Below are positions 20,866-30,554 of a DNA stretch of 56,859 nt, in pieces. How positions within the stretch are numbered: position 1 is the stretch's first letter; each line of letters opens with the position of its first letter. The notes under the pieces were generated by a model. That model was not told the DNA's origin, searched no databases, and saw only the letters and a list, made by a program, of their open reading frames with translations. This DNA comes from Propionicimonas sp. (GTDB lineage: Bacteria; Actinomycetota; Actinomycetes; Propionibacteriales; Propionibacteriaceae). The stretch is from contig DAOPRQ010000002.1 in the NCBI GenBank assembly GCA_035349055.1, forward strand, positions 1,321 to 58,179. The letters are read 5' to 3'. A program made the position numbers and the translations under genes.

Positions 20866-21228
20866 CTAGGCGTTGACCTCACTGCCGCGCAGGATCGAGG
20901 CCATCTTCTTGCCCTTGGCGAGCTCGTCGACCAGCTTGTCGAGGTATCGGATCTTTTGCATCAGCGGGTCTTCGATCTGCTCGACCCGGTAGCCGCAGAT
21001 CACCCCGGTGATCAGTGCGGCATTCGGATTGAAGGCCGGTGCCTCGGCGAAGAAGGTCTCCAGGTCGACCTGGGTGTCGATGACCTGCAACAGCTCGGCC
21101 GCGTCGTACCCGGTGAGCCAGCTGATCACCTGATCGAGTTCCTTGACCGTGCGGCCCTTGCGCTCCACCTTGTCGACGTAGAGCGGGTAGACGCTGGCGA
21201 AGCTCATCCGGAACACCCGATGTGTCAT
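20866..21228 (-). CDS. DUF2200 family protein
   Basis: MSFASVYPLYVDKVERKGRT, ITGVICGYRVE and IRYLDKLVDELAKGK. Confidence 0.88.
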   Translation of the reverse strand: MTHRVFRMSFASVYPLYVDKVERKGRTVKELDQVISWLTGYDAAELLQVIDTQVDLETFFAEAPAFNPNAALITGVICGYRVEQIEDPLMQKIRYLDKLVDELAKGKKMASILRGSEVNA

Positions 21229-21272
21229 GCCGGGACGATAACCCGTCGCACCGGCCCGCCGCGACCGTCCGC

Positions 21273-22721
21273 CTACAGGCTGTCGCCCAGATCGCGCCGG
21301 AAAGCGTCCACCAGGTCGTCCACCCAGCTGCCGATCGGTTCGAGCCGGCCGTAGAAGAAGCGCAGGATCTCCGGCTCCTCGATGAACCGAAGGCCACCGA
21401 TCAGGTCCCGATGGTCGTAGAGCCACGCGATCCGGTCGATCGCGTAGTTCACCTGGCTGAGCGTGAAGACCCGGCGCGGCAGGGCGAGCCGCACCAGCTC
21501 CATGTTCGCCAACGGCTCCACCCCGTCCGCGTCCCGCTGCTCGCTGAGCGTGCCCCGCTCCATGCCACGCACGCCAGACGCAAGGTAGAGCGCGGACGCG
21601 AGCGCACCGGCCGGGTACTCCTGCTGCCGAACGTGCGGCAGGAACCGGCCGGCGTCCAGGTGGGCGCCCAGGCCGCCGGCGGGCGTGATCACCGGAATGC
21701 CGCGCGCGTCCAGTTCGGCCACCATGTGCTCGATGAACTGGGGACCCTGGTTGATCATGTCCTCGTCCATGGTCTCGTCGAGACCGACGGTGATCGCTTC
21801 CATCTCCCGCACCGACATGCCGCCGTAGGTGAGGAAGCCCTCGTACATCGGCACCAGGCCGCGCATCTGCTTGTAGAGCGCCTCGTCGCGAATGCAGATG
21901 CCGCCGCCGCGGCCGAAGCCCAGCTTGCGAGCCGAGAAATAGATGATGTCGAAGCAGTCGGCGATCGCCCGGGTGATCTCGGCGATAGTCATTTCGCTGC
22001 ACTCGGGCTCGCGGGTCTTGTTGAAGTGCAGGTTGTCGGCCAGCAGGGACGCGTCCAGCACGCTGAGGATGCCGTGCTCTCGGCAGACATTGGTGGTCTC
22101 GCGGATGTTCGCCAGGCTCAGCGGCTGCCCGCCGATCAGGTTGGTGCCGGCCTCGATACGGACGTAGGCGATCCGCTCCGGACCCTTGTCGGCGATCAGC
22201 GCACGCAGTGCCGGCACATCGAAGTTGCCCTTGAACAGTTCGTCGGAGGTGACCTGCAAACCCTCCTCGGTGATCAGCTCCAGCACCTCACCGCCGACCG
22301 CAGTGACGTGCGCCTTCGACGTGGTGAAGTGGTAGTTCATCGGCACGATGGTGCCCGGCCTGACCAGCGACTGGCTGAGGATGTGTTCGGCCGCCCGACC
22401 CTGGTGCGCCGGCAGGAAGTACTCCATGCCGAAGAGTTCGACCAGCTTGTTGTACAGCCGGGTGTAGGTGGCTGAGCCGGCGTAGGCGTCGTCCGCGATC
22501 AGCATCGCGGCCTGCTGCTGGTCGCTCATGGCATTCACACCAGAGTCGGTGAGCATGTCCAAGAAGACGTCGGCGTTCTGTAGCAGGAAGGTGTTGTAGC
22601 CGGCAGCGGCTATCGCCCGTCCGCGCTCCTCGATCGGCAGCAGAGTGAGCTTCTGGATGATCCTCACCTTGTGCATCTCCAGTGGGAGTTGCTGGCCGCT
22701 GTAAAAACTCACCTTCGCCAT
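21273..22721 (-). CDS. PLP-dependent beta-eliminating lyase (tryptophanase/tyrosine phenol-lyase family)
   Basis: DMLTDSG, DDAYAGS, HQGRAAE, PLP-lysine region FSARK, TYGGM and RLALPRRVFT. Confidence 0.92.
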   Translation of the reverse strand: MAKVSFYSGQQLPLEMHKVRIIQKLTLLPIEERGRAIAAAGYNTFLLQNADVFLDMLTDSGVNAMSDQQQAAMLIADDAYAGSATYTRLYNKLVELFGMEYFLPAHQGRAAEHILSQSLVRPGTIVPMNYHFTTSKAHVTAVGGEVLELITEEGLQVTSDELFKGNFDVPALRALIADKGPERIAYVRIEAGTNLIGGQPLSLANIRETTNVCREHGILSVLDASLLADNLHFNKTREPECSEMTIAEITRAIADCFDIIYFSARKLGFGRGGGICIRDEALYKQMRGLVPMYEGFLTYGGMSVREMEAITVGLDETMDEDMINQGPQFIEHMVAELDARGIPVITPAGGLGAHLDAGRFLPHVRQQEYPAGALASALYLASGVRGMERGTLSEQRDADGVEPLANMELVRLALPRRVFTLSQVNYAIDRIAWLYDHRDLIGGLRFIEEPEILRFFYGRLEPIGSWVDDLVDAFRRDLGDSL

Positions 22722-22816
22722 TGAAAGTCCTCAACTGTCGGTATTCGCTCGGACCCAAAGGCTATTGGCAGGCGACGATACCCTTCCGCGGTGTCTGCGG
22801 AGTGAATCGGACGCGG

Positions 22817-23287
22817 TCAGCGGGCGAGGAACTCGTCGCCGACCCGCTGCTGGATCTCCAGTGCCTCCAGCAGCAGCGGTGCGGCCTGGCGGGCAAGGCT
22901 GGAGCCGAGCACCGGCACCCGCACGGTGAGCTCGCCGGTGTAGGTGAGCACCGCTCCCTTACCGCCGCCGACCAGCCGCACCTTGCCGACAAGCTCGGCT
23001 GGCAGGCCCTCAACGGTGATGTGCGCGGTGCCGGCGGTGGCGCCAGAAACAGGCGGTGCGTCCCACGCGATCTCATCGATCACAGCCATCGTCGGCCCGG
23101 TCAGCCGGCCGACCACCGAGGGGGTCGGCATCACCCGCCGGGTCCGGGTGCGCAGGCCGTCCACGCTCACCTCGTGGTCGAGCGGTTCGCTGGCCAGACA
23201 GACCGCCCGCAGGAAGACCCGGTCGGTCAGCATGGCGAAGACGTCGTCGACGGTAGCGGCGAAGTCGTTGGTGGCGTGGATCTCCAT
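22817..23287 (-). CDS. DUF2505 family (START/SRPBCC-like) protein
   Basis: ATVDDVFAMLTD...GELTVRVPVLG pattern. Confidence 0.7.
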   Translation of the reverse strand: MEIHATNDFAATVDDVFAMLTDRVFLRAVCLASEPLDHEVSVDGLRTRTRRVMPTPSVVGRLTGPTMAVIDEIAWDAPPVSGATAGTAHITVEGLPAELVGKVRLVGGGKGAVLTYTGELTVRVPVLGSSLARQAAPLLLEALEIQQRVGDEFLAR

Positions 23288-23345
23288 GTCGCACATGTTG
23301 CCTGGATAGGGTGGACGGCACCAAGTCGCTGCAAAGGAGCAGGTT

Positions 23346-26300
23346 TTGTCCACACTGGTTCCGGGTGCCCAAACCGGCCTTCGGGAGTCGTTGTTGACGG
23401 TCGCTGACGGGGACGCGGATCTCACGGCCCTGCTGCGCTCATATCTCGCCCCGGTGCCCGAACCCGACCTCGTCGGTATCGAGCCGGACGCACTGGCCGG
23501 ACTGGCCCGGGCGCACCTGGACATGGGCCGGATCCGCCGGCCGGGGGAGCACCTGGTCACCACCTTCACCCCTACGGAATGGGATTCCCACGGCTCGCTG
23601 GTGGCGCTGCTGGTGAGTGACGACCAACGCTTCCTGGTCGACACCGTGACACTCGAACTGACCCGGCAGGAGTGGAGCCTGCGTCGGCTGTACCATCCGC
23701 AGCCTCGAATCCGCCGGGACGCGGACGGCAACCTGCTGGGCGTAGGTAGCGGTGATGTCGAGTCCTGGATGGCCCTGGAGCTCTACCCGCCGCTCGGGCA
23801 TTCCGCCGAGGATCTGCAGCCGGAGTTGGAGAGCGGGTTGAGGACGGCGCTCGCCACGGTGACCACGACGGTCGCCGACTGGCAGCCGATGCTGGCCCGC
23901 TGTCGCGAAGCCGTCGCCGAACTATGGGCCGACGGCAGCCACCGTCCAACGGTGAGCGATGGCGTGGACCTGCTCGACTGGCTGGCCGCCGACCACTTCG
24001 TCTTTCTCGGCTACGCCCGTTACGTGCCCGCGGGCGACGGGTTGGTGCCGGTGGCGGGCACCGGACTCGGCTTGCTGCGAGGCGTCAGCGAGATCGACCG
24101 ACTGAACGTGCCCCGGCCGGGTGAGGACGATCCGGTGGTGCTGATGCGCGACCTGCGCCGCTCACCGGTCTATCGCCGCGCCTACCTGACCCACCTCGCG
24201 GTGCGGCTGTTCGGGCCGGACGGCGCGCTACGCACCGAACACCGCTTCCTCGGCCTGTTGGGAGCCTCGGCCTACACCGAAGCCGTGGCGAGTATTCCGG
24301 TACTGGCCGCGAAGAGCCAGCGGCTGCTCGCCGACTGCGGCTTCGAACCCTCCTCCTACGGCTGGAACGCCACCCGCCAGGTGATCGCCACCTATCCACG
24401 CGAGGAACTGTTCGAAGCCCGTGTGGAGGAACTCGCGCCGATCGTGGCGGCAGTGGCAGCCCTTCGCGAAAGCCGGCAGACCCGGGTGTTCCTTCGCCGC
24501 AGTCGGTACGGCGGCTTCACCACCGCGCTGGTCTATCTGCCACGTGACCGCTACAACACCACCACCCGGCTCGCGCTGCAGCGGATCCTCCTGGACGAGT
24601 TGGGCGGACTCGAGCTGGAATACAACACCCTGGTCAGCGAGTCCGTGCTGGTGCGGCTGGTCTTCGTGGTGCGGATGGGTCCGGACGCGCCCACGCATCC
24701 GGACGTTGATCGGATCGCCATGCTGGCTGCGTCCGCCACCCGCAGTTGGGGGGACGACTTCACCGAACTGGCCGCCACTCTGCCGAGCGAGCAGCGGGGG
24801 GTCGAGTTCGGCGAGGTCTACGAGGCCGACCACCCGCCGAGCGTGGCGATGGCTCACCTCCACCTGGCCAACGAACTCACCGAGACCGATGACCTGCGGG
24901 TCACGATCGCCGAGCCACCCGACCCTGAGGACGACCCAGCCGACCTTCGGCTGACCGTGCTCAGCCTGCGTCCGATGACCCTCACCGAGGTCATGCCGCA
25001 TCTCAGCGCGTTGGGCGCGCAGACCGTGGACGAGCGGCCGTATGAGTGGCAACTGCGCGACCGCCGGGTGCTGGTCTACTCCTTCGGCCTTCGGCTGGGC
25101 GAGGGCGAACAGTGGGACGCGGGCACGCGCAGCCGGTTCACCGCGGCCTTCGTCGCCTCCTGGACCGGACGCTGCGAGGCCGACCAGCTGAACCAGCTGG
25201 TGGTGCCCGCCGGGTTGGACTGGCGCCAGGTCAGCTGGCTGCGGGCGCTGTCCCGCTACCTGCAGCAGGCCACGCTGCCGTTCAGCCAGCCGTACCTGGC
25301 GACCGCGCTGACCACCTACCCCCGCATCGCCGCGGCGTTGGTCAAGGCGTTCGAGACCAAGTTCGACCCGGCCGCGTTCGACGCTGTCGATGCCGATGCC
25401 CGCGAAGCTGCGTTGGCCGGGTTGCAGCAGAACCTTTCGGAACAGCTGGAGCAGGTCGCGAGCCTCGACCATGACCGCATCCTGCGGGCGTTCTGGGCGG
25501 TCATCCGGGCCGGCGTGCGCACCAACGCCTTCACCGATTCGGCGACGCTGGCGCTCAAACTGCTGCCGGCCGAACTGGACCTGTTGCCGCAGCCGCGTCC
25601 AGAGTTCGAGGTGTATGTCTATTCGCCGCGCGTGCACGGCGTCCACCTGCGCTTCGGCTCGGTCGCCCGCGGCGGGCTGCGCTGGTCGGACCGGCGGGAG
25701 GACTTCCGCACCGAGGTGCTGGGCCTGGTGAAGGCCCAGTCGGTGAAGAACACGGTGATCGTGCCGGCCGGAGCCAAGGGAGGCTTTGTGCCGCAGTCGC
25801 TGCCAACCGGGCGCGCCGAGCAGCTGGCCGAGGGGCGCGCCTGCTACCGGTTGTTCATCGAAGCGCTGCTCAGCGTCACCGACAACATCGTCGACGGCGC
25901 TGTGGTGCCGCCGGTGGGCGTGGTCCGCTATGACGGTGATGACCCGTACCTGGTGGTGGCCGCCGACAAGGGGACGGCCACGTTCTCCGATCTGGCCAAC
26001 GAGGTGTCGGTTTCGCGCGGCTTCTGGCTGGGCGACGCGTTCGCGTCCGGCGGTACGAGTGGGTACGACCACAAGGCGATGGGCATCACGGCCCGCGGCG
26101 CCTGGGAGTCGGTCAAGCATCATTTCGCCGAACTCGGGCTCGATCCGGACACCGACCCGTTCACGGTGGTCGGCATCGGCGACATGGCCGGGGACGTGTT
26201 CGGCAACGGCATGCTGCTGTCGCGGCAGCTGAAGCTGGTGGCCGCGTTCAACCACCTACACATCTTCATCGATCCCGATCCCAAGCCGGCCGCGTCGTTC

Positions 26301-28052
26301 GTCGAGCGGGATCGGTTGTTCCGGCTGCCTGGCTCGACCTGGGCCGACTACGATCCGGCGTTGATCTCGGCCGGCGGCGGGGTTTTCCGTCGCGACCTGA
26401 AGTCGGTGCCGATCTCGCGCCCGATGCAGGTGGCGCTCGGGCTGAGCGAGTCGGTGACGAAGCTCACGCCGAACGAACTGATCAGCGCGGTGCTGCGAGC
26501 GCCGGTGGACCTGCTGTTCAACGGTGGTGTCGGCACGTTCGTGAAGGGCAGCGCCGAGACGCACACCTCGGCGGGGGACAAGGCCAACGACGGCGTCCGG
26601 GTGAATGGCGCCGAGTTGCGCGCCCGCTGTGTCAGCGAGGGCGGGAATCTCGGTTTCACCCAGCTCGGACGCGTCGAGTACGCCGAGAACGGTGGCCGGA
26701 TCAACACCGACTTCATCGACAACTCCGCCGGCGTGGACACCTCCGATCACGAGGTGAACATCAAGATCCTCCTCGCCAGCGAACTGGCCGCCGGCCGGCT
26801 CACCGAGCCTGATCGGGACATGCTGCTCGCGTCCATGACCGACGAGGTGGCCGGGCTGGTGCTCGCGCACAACCGCGACCAGAACCTTGCTCTCGCCAAC
26901 GCGATGTTCCGTCGGTTCGACCTTGCCGGCCAGCATGAGGCGTGGATGACCACGCTCGAGCAGTACGGGCTGGATCGCAGGCTGGAGGCGCTGCCGTCCA
27001 CGCATGAACTGAATGCCCGGCTCGCCGCGGGCCGAGCGCTGACCAGCCCGGAGTTCTCGGTGCTGCTGTCCTACACCAAGATCGCGTTGTACCGCTGGGT
27101 GCTCGCGTCCGACCTGCCTGAGGATCCGTACCTGGCGGACCGGCTGGTGCAGTACTTCCCGCAGGCGCTGCGCGAGCGGTACGAAGCCGTCATGCCACAG
27201 CATCGGCTGGCACGCGAGATCATCGCGACGGTTGCCGTGAACCGCTTCGTGGATAGCCAGGGCATCACTGCCTACCACCGGCTCTCGACCGAGACCGGGG
27301 CCGGCGTGGCCGACATCATGCGGGCGCAGCTGGCGTCCCGGTCCATCTTCAACGCGGGTCTGGACGAGGTGCGGATCCGCCGGTTGGTGGGGCTGTCCGC
27401 CGACGTCGGCACCGAGTTGCGGGTGGTGCTGCTGCGGATGGTCGAGCGGGCCACCCGCTGGCTGCTGAACCACCGACACGGTTCGCTCGACATCACCGCG
27501 ACCGTGGCGGAATACGGCGCGGAGATCGCACAGCTCCGCCCCGAGCTGCTCGGCCTGCTCAGCGGACGGACGGCCGCGTCCAGCCAGGCGGCGGAGCAGC
27601 GCTGGCTCGAGGCCGGGCTGCCGGAGGAGTTGGCGCGGAATCTGGCCACGGCTGGGCACGCCCACACCCTGCTCAACGTCGTGGACGTGGCCCATCGGCT
27701 GGACTGCGACCTGTTGCGCGCGGCGCAGGTCCACTATCGGGTGGCTGAAGCGCTGGGCATCGAACTGCTCAGTTCTGGGGTCGACGTGCTGCCACGCCAG
27801 GTGCGCTGGGATGCGATGGCGCGTGCCGCGTTGCGGGACGAGTTGCTCACCGCGCACACCGACCTGACCGCAGCGGTGCTGACCCATGCCGATGCAGAGA
27901 CGGACGCAGCCACAGCGGTGCAGACGTGGCTGGACGCGCATCCAGGCGTGGCGCCGCGAGTGGCGATGATCCGGCAGGTCAGCGACGGCACGCCCGACGT
28001 GGCGAGGATGAACGTGGGGCTCAGCCAGCTGCGCGCGATGCTGGGCGGATGA
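23346..28052 (+). CDS. gdh: Large NAD-specific glutamate dehydrogenase
   Basis: GGLRWSDRREDFRTEVLGLVKAQ, YLVVAADKGTATFSD, GYDHKAMGITARGAW and INTDFIDNSAGVD. Confidence 0.95.
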   Translation: MSTLVPGAQTGLRESLLTVADGDADLTALLRSYLAPVPEPDLVGIEPDALAGLARAHLDMGRIRRPGEHLVTTFTPTEWDSHGSLVALLVSDDQRFLVDTVTLELTRQEWSLRRLYHPQPRIRRDADGNLLGVGSGDVESWMALELYPPLGHSAEDLQPELESGLRTALATVTTTVADWQPMLARCREAVAELWADGSHRPTVSDGVDLLDWLAADHFVFLGYARYVPAGDGLVPVAGTGLGLLRGVSEIDRLNVPRPGEDDPVVLMRDLRRSPVYRRAYLTHLAVRLFGPDGALRTEHRFLGLLGASAYTEAVASIPVLAAKSQRLLADCGFEPSSYGWNATRQVIATYPREELFEARVEELAPIVAAVAALRESRQTRVFLRRSRYGGFTTALVYLPRDRYNTTTRLALQRILLDELGGLELEYNTLVSESVLVRLVFVVRMGPDAPTHPDVDRIAMLAASATRSWGDDFTELAATLPSEQRGVEFGEVYEADHPPSVAMAHLHLANELTETDDLRVTIAEPPDPEDDPADLRLTVLSLRPMTLTEVMPHLSALGAQTVDERPYEWQLRDRRVLVYSFGLRLGEGEQWDAGTRSRFTAAFVASWTGRCEADQLNQLVVPAGLDWRQVSWLRALSRYLQQATLPFSQPYLATALTTYPRIAAALVKAFETKFDPAAFDAVDADAREAALAGLQQNLSEQLEQVASLDHDRILRAFWAVIRAGVRTNAFTDSATLALKLLPAELDLLPQPRPEFEVYVYSPRVHGVHLRFGSVARGGLRWSDRREDFRTEVLGLVKAQSVKNTVIVPAGAKGGFVPQSLPTGRAEQLAEGRACYRLFIEALLSVTDNIVDGAVVPPVGVVRYDGDDPYLVVAADKGTATFSDLANEVSVSRGFWLGDAFASGGTSGYDHKAMGITARGAWESVKHHFAELGLDPDTDPFTVVGIGDMAGDVFGNGMLLSRQLKLVAAFNHLHIFIDPDPKPAASFVERDRLFRLPGSTWADYDPALISAGGGVFRRDLKSVPISRPMQVALGLSESVTKLTPNELISAVLRAPVDLLFNGGVGTFVKGSAETHTSAGDKANDGVRVNGAELRARCVSEGGNLGFTQLGRVEYAENGGRINTDFIDNSAGVDTSDHEVNIKILLASELAAGRLTEPDRDMLLASMTDEVAGLVLAHNRDQNLALANAMFRRFDLAGQHEAWMTTLEQYGLDRRLEALPSTHELNARLAAGRALTSPEFSVLLSYTKIALYRWVLASDLPEDPYLADRLVQYFPQALRERYEAVMPQHRLAREIIATVAVNRFVDSQGITAYHRLSTETGAGVADIMRAQLASRSIFNAGLDEVRIRRLVGLSADVGTELRVVLLRMVERATRWLLNHRHGSLDITATVAEYGAEIAQLRPELLGLLSGRTAASSQAAEQRWLEAGLPEELARNLATAGHAHTLLNVVDVAHRLDCDLLRAAQVHYRVAEALGIELLSSGVDVLPRQVRWDAMARAALRDELLTAHTDLTAAVLTHADAETDAATAVQTWLDAHPGVAPRVAMIRQVSDGTPDVARMNVGLSQLRAMLGG

Positions 28053-29020
28053 GTCCAGCCGATCCCGCGGGGACGCGCGCGGAAGCCGTGGTGGACGAGT
28101 GGTGCGCGGCCCGGCTGGGTTCAGCCCCGATTACGGCCTTCTTCGCTGCGCGGTCGATGTCGTCGGTGCGTGGCGTCCGGCTGGCTGACGACAGGCAGGT
28201 GGCGCTGAAGGTGCGGGTCGCCTCGAAGCGGGTGCTGGCGTGCGCGGCGGGGCACCGGCTGGCTGCTGCGGCGGGGATCGACTGCCCGGACCTGCTGGCC
28301 GGGCCGGAATGGCTGCCCGGTCTGGGCTGGGCGTCCGCGGAGGCGTGGCGGCCTGAAGGTGCGTTGCGGCCGTCCGGTGACGCGGCGATCGCCTATGCCG
28401 ATCTACTGCGACGGCTGGTGGGGGCCTTGGGCGATCTCGACCCGGGGGAGTTCGACCCGCCGCCGCCCTGGGCGCACTACGACCACGGCGAGCCCGGACG
28501 GGTCTGGCCCGCGGCGACGTCGGCAGGTTGGGATCCGGAGTCGCCGGTGGTACCGGACTGGGTGCGGCGGGTGGCCGCGGCAGCTCGTGAGCGCCTGCTG
28601 GCCGAGGACCACGGCGCAGCGACATTGCCCGCTGTGGTCGGGCATTCGGATCTGAACGGATTGAACGTCCGGTGGCTGGACGGGCCGATCGTGCACGACT
28701 GGGACTCCCTGGCGGCACGGCCGGAGTGCGTCCTGGCCGGCATCGTGGCAGTGAACCATGTGGAGGGTCCGAACGCGGGAGCCATCGCCGCCGTCGAGTC
28801 GACCGAAGCCTGCCTGCGGCACTACCAGCACGACCGCCAATTCAGCGCAGTTGAGCTGGAACTGGCCTGGGCCGCCGGCGTGTGGGTGGCCGCCTACAAC
28901 GCAGCGTTCGAGTACCTGCACGGCCGGCCGGGCGAGGTCGTCCGGCAGCTGAAGGCGGACGCCGCCGAGCGCCTGCGCCGAGCCGGCTGCTCGGACTGCC
29001 GCGAGCCTTCTCACGATTGA
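28049..29020 (+). CDS. Aminoglycoside phosphotransferase-like (APH/choline kinase fold) protein
   Basis: VALKVR lysine, catalytic GHSDLNGLNV and HDWD metal-binding motif. ATGA overlap with gdh. Confidence 0.75.
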   Translation: MSPADPAGTRAEAVVDEWCAARLGSAPITAFFAARSMSSVRGVRLADDRQVALKVRVASKRVLACAAGHRLAAAAGIDCPDLLAGPEWLPGLGWASAEAWRPEGALRPSGDAAIAYADLLRRLVGALGDLDPGEFDPPPPWAHYDHGEPGRVWPAATSAGWDPESPVVPDWVRRVAAAARERLLAEDHGAATLPAVVGHSDLNGLNVRWLDGPIVHDWDSLAARPECVLAGIVAVNHVEGPNAGAIAAVESTEACLRHYQHDRQFSAVELELAWAAGVWVAAYNAAFEYLHGRPGEVVRQLKADAAERLRRAGCSDCREPSHD

Positions 29021-29111
29021 TCGAGCTAGACGAGCCACGAGCGGCTCAGCCGACTCGCGGTGGGTCGCGGGCAGGCTTCGCGGCCGGCCTAGGTGCTGCG
29101 GGCCGGTCGGG

Positions 29112-30440
29112 TCAGGCTGCTGTTCGCTCCGGGTGCCGGTGCCGGGTGTGTCTCAACCATGCACCTGCTTGTGGGTGTCGAGATGGTGGGGCGAACTCCG
29201 GTAGCCGATCAGCCTGGTTGATCCGGACTTGCCATTGGTCGCGCCGGTAGTACTTGGCTGGTTCGACCAGACCGTGATGGTGGTGGCACAGCAGGACCAG
29301 GTTCGACAGCGCGGTCACACCGCCCAAATACCAGGGCACCACATGATGGGCTTCACAGGCTGAGGGTGGCGCGGTGCAGCCGGGGAACACACAGCCACCA
29401 TCGCGGGCAATCAGGGCGGCCCGCATTGCCGGGGTCACCAGCCGGCGGCTACGGCCCACATCCAGCACCTCACTGCCGCCGCGTAGGACGACGGGGACGA
29501 GATCAGCATCACAGCACACCTGGCGCAGTTCACCAGCCGACAACTGGTTGCCGTCACCGACCACACCGGCACCAGCCGCACCGTTGCGCAACTGGTTGTA
29601 GTCGAGTTTCACGATCACCTTCGCCGAACCCACACCGGGTTTGGGTTTCGCGGTCGCCGCATGGTTCAGCAGGTGCGTGAACGCGTCGGCTCGGCGTTGT
29701 TCGGGAGTCGCGTTCGCGAACAGGGGGTCGCGGGCTTCGACTGCGGTGCGGCGTAGGGCTTCGGTGTGGGCGTCGAGCAGGGTGATGAACTGCTCACCCG
29801 CGAGTCTGGGTAGGGAGCCTTCGAACCGCACTGACCCGGCTTGCCTCCAGAATCGTAGCGACCGGTTGTGGTGGGCGGCTTCAGCTTCGCGCTGGAGCTT
29901 CCTTTCCAACAACTCGTTCGCATCGGCGGGTGCGACCTTGGCCAACACCTGGGGTGCCGACTTGATCAGCGCGTCGGAATCCAGGGTGTCGGCCAGGCCG
30001 ACCAGCAACTGCTCGGCCCGCGCCTGCTGCTGCTCGTCCAACTGCGCAGTCAATCCGTCGAGGACGGTGTTGATCGCCCGCACCTGGCCAGTACTCACCC
30101 GTCCGGACACCGCAGCCTCGCCCAACACCGGGTGCGCAGCCAACTGATTGGCTCGATGCAGCGCACCGGCAGCCTCGCGCTTGGTCAGGTTCTGATCGAT
30201 CGCCATCCACGTCGACATCGGCGTCCCAGTCGTCCGCTCCGAAGCACCGGCGTCATCGGCTTCAGCAAGTAGGAGTGACGCAAGAGCGTCCAGCCGTCCG
30301 GTCAAGCTCCTAGCAACGGTCGCTGCCACCAGGCGGACCTGCGGCGCCAGCGCCTTACGGTCGGGATCCACCCGATCCAGGACAGAGCGGATCTGCGTCA
30401 GTGCCTCACCCACCGGCAGCAAACCTGTCCGCTCTTCCAT
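29112..30440 (-). CDS. DUF222-domain HNH endonuclease (13E12 repeat family)
   Basis: QRRADAF, LDVGRSRRL, and RDGGCVFPGC...CEAHHVVPWYLGGVTALSNLVLLCHHHH. Confidence 0.92.
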   Translation of the reverse strand: MEERTGLLPVGEALTQIRSVLDRVDPDRKALAPQVRLVAATVARSLTGRLDALASLLLAEADDAGASERTTGTPMSTWMAIDQNLTKREAAGALHRANQLAAHPVLGEAAVSGRVSTGQVRAINTVLDGLTAQLDEQQQARAEQLLVGLADTLDSDALIKSAPQVLAKVAPADANELLERKLQREAEAAHHNRSLRFWRQAGSVRFEGSLPRLAGEQFITLLDAHTEALRRTAVEARDPLFANATPEQRRADAFTHLLNHAATAKPKPGVGSAKVIVKLDYNQLRNGAAGAGVVGDGNQLSAGELRQVCCDADLVPVVLRGGSEVLDVGRSRRLVTPAMRAALIARDGGCVFPGCTAPPSACEAHHVVPWYLGGVTALSNLVLLCHHHHGLVEPAKYYRRDQWQVRINQADRLPEFAPPSRHPQAGAWLRHTRHRHPERTAA

Positions 30441-30446
30441 GCATCA

Positions 30447-30468
30447 AGCCAACAAGCCGCCTCTGACG
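30447..30468 (-). promoter_or_regulatory. Putative PafBC/RecA-NDp-type promoter of the HNH gene
   Basis: Minus strand cGTCAG-AGGCGGCTTG-TTGGCT-6nt-ATG, with two mismatches to TGTCRG-N10-TAnnnT. Shares GTCAGAGGCG with the recA motif. Confidence 0.5.
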
Positions 30469-30554
30469 TTTTTCGTCCAGAACCGCCTCAAACCGACGAC
30501 GGCCCCGGATTCTCAGCAAACTTTCAGAAATAAGCGCCTGAAGCGGTCCCGCGA

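Noticed and set aside
20866-22002. 378-aa ORF extending DUF2200 upstream
   Set aside because: The extension overlaps the lyase in another frame. The real gene starts at 21228, after TATCGT.
22722-22816. tnaC-like leader peptide or T-box
   Set aside because: The region is short, and I saw no convincing Trp- or Tyr-containing leader ORF or T-box motif.
28049-29020. Aminoglycoside resistance gene
   Set aside because: Only generic kinase-fold motifs, with no recognisable APH resistance family signature or mobile context.
29112-30440. IscB/Cas9-like RNA-guided HNH nuclease
   Set aside because: No PLMP or RuvC motifs, and the flanks (about 90 and 115 bp) look too short for an omegaRNA. The architecture is DUF222-HNH.
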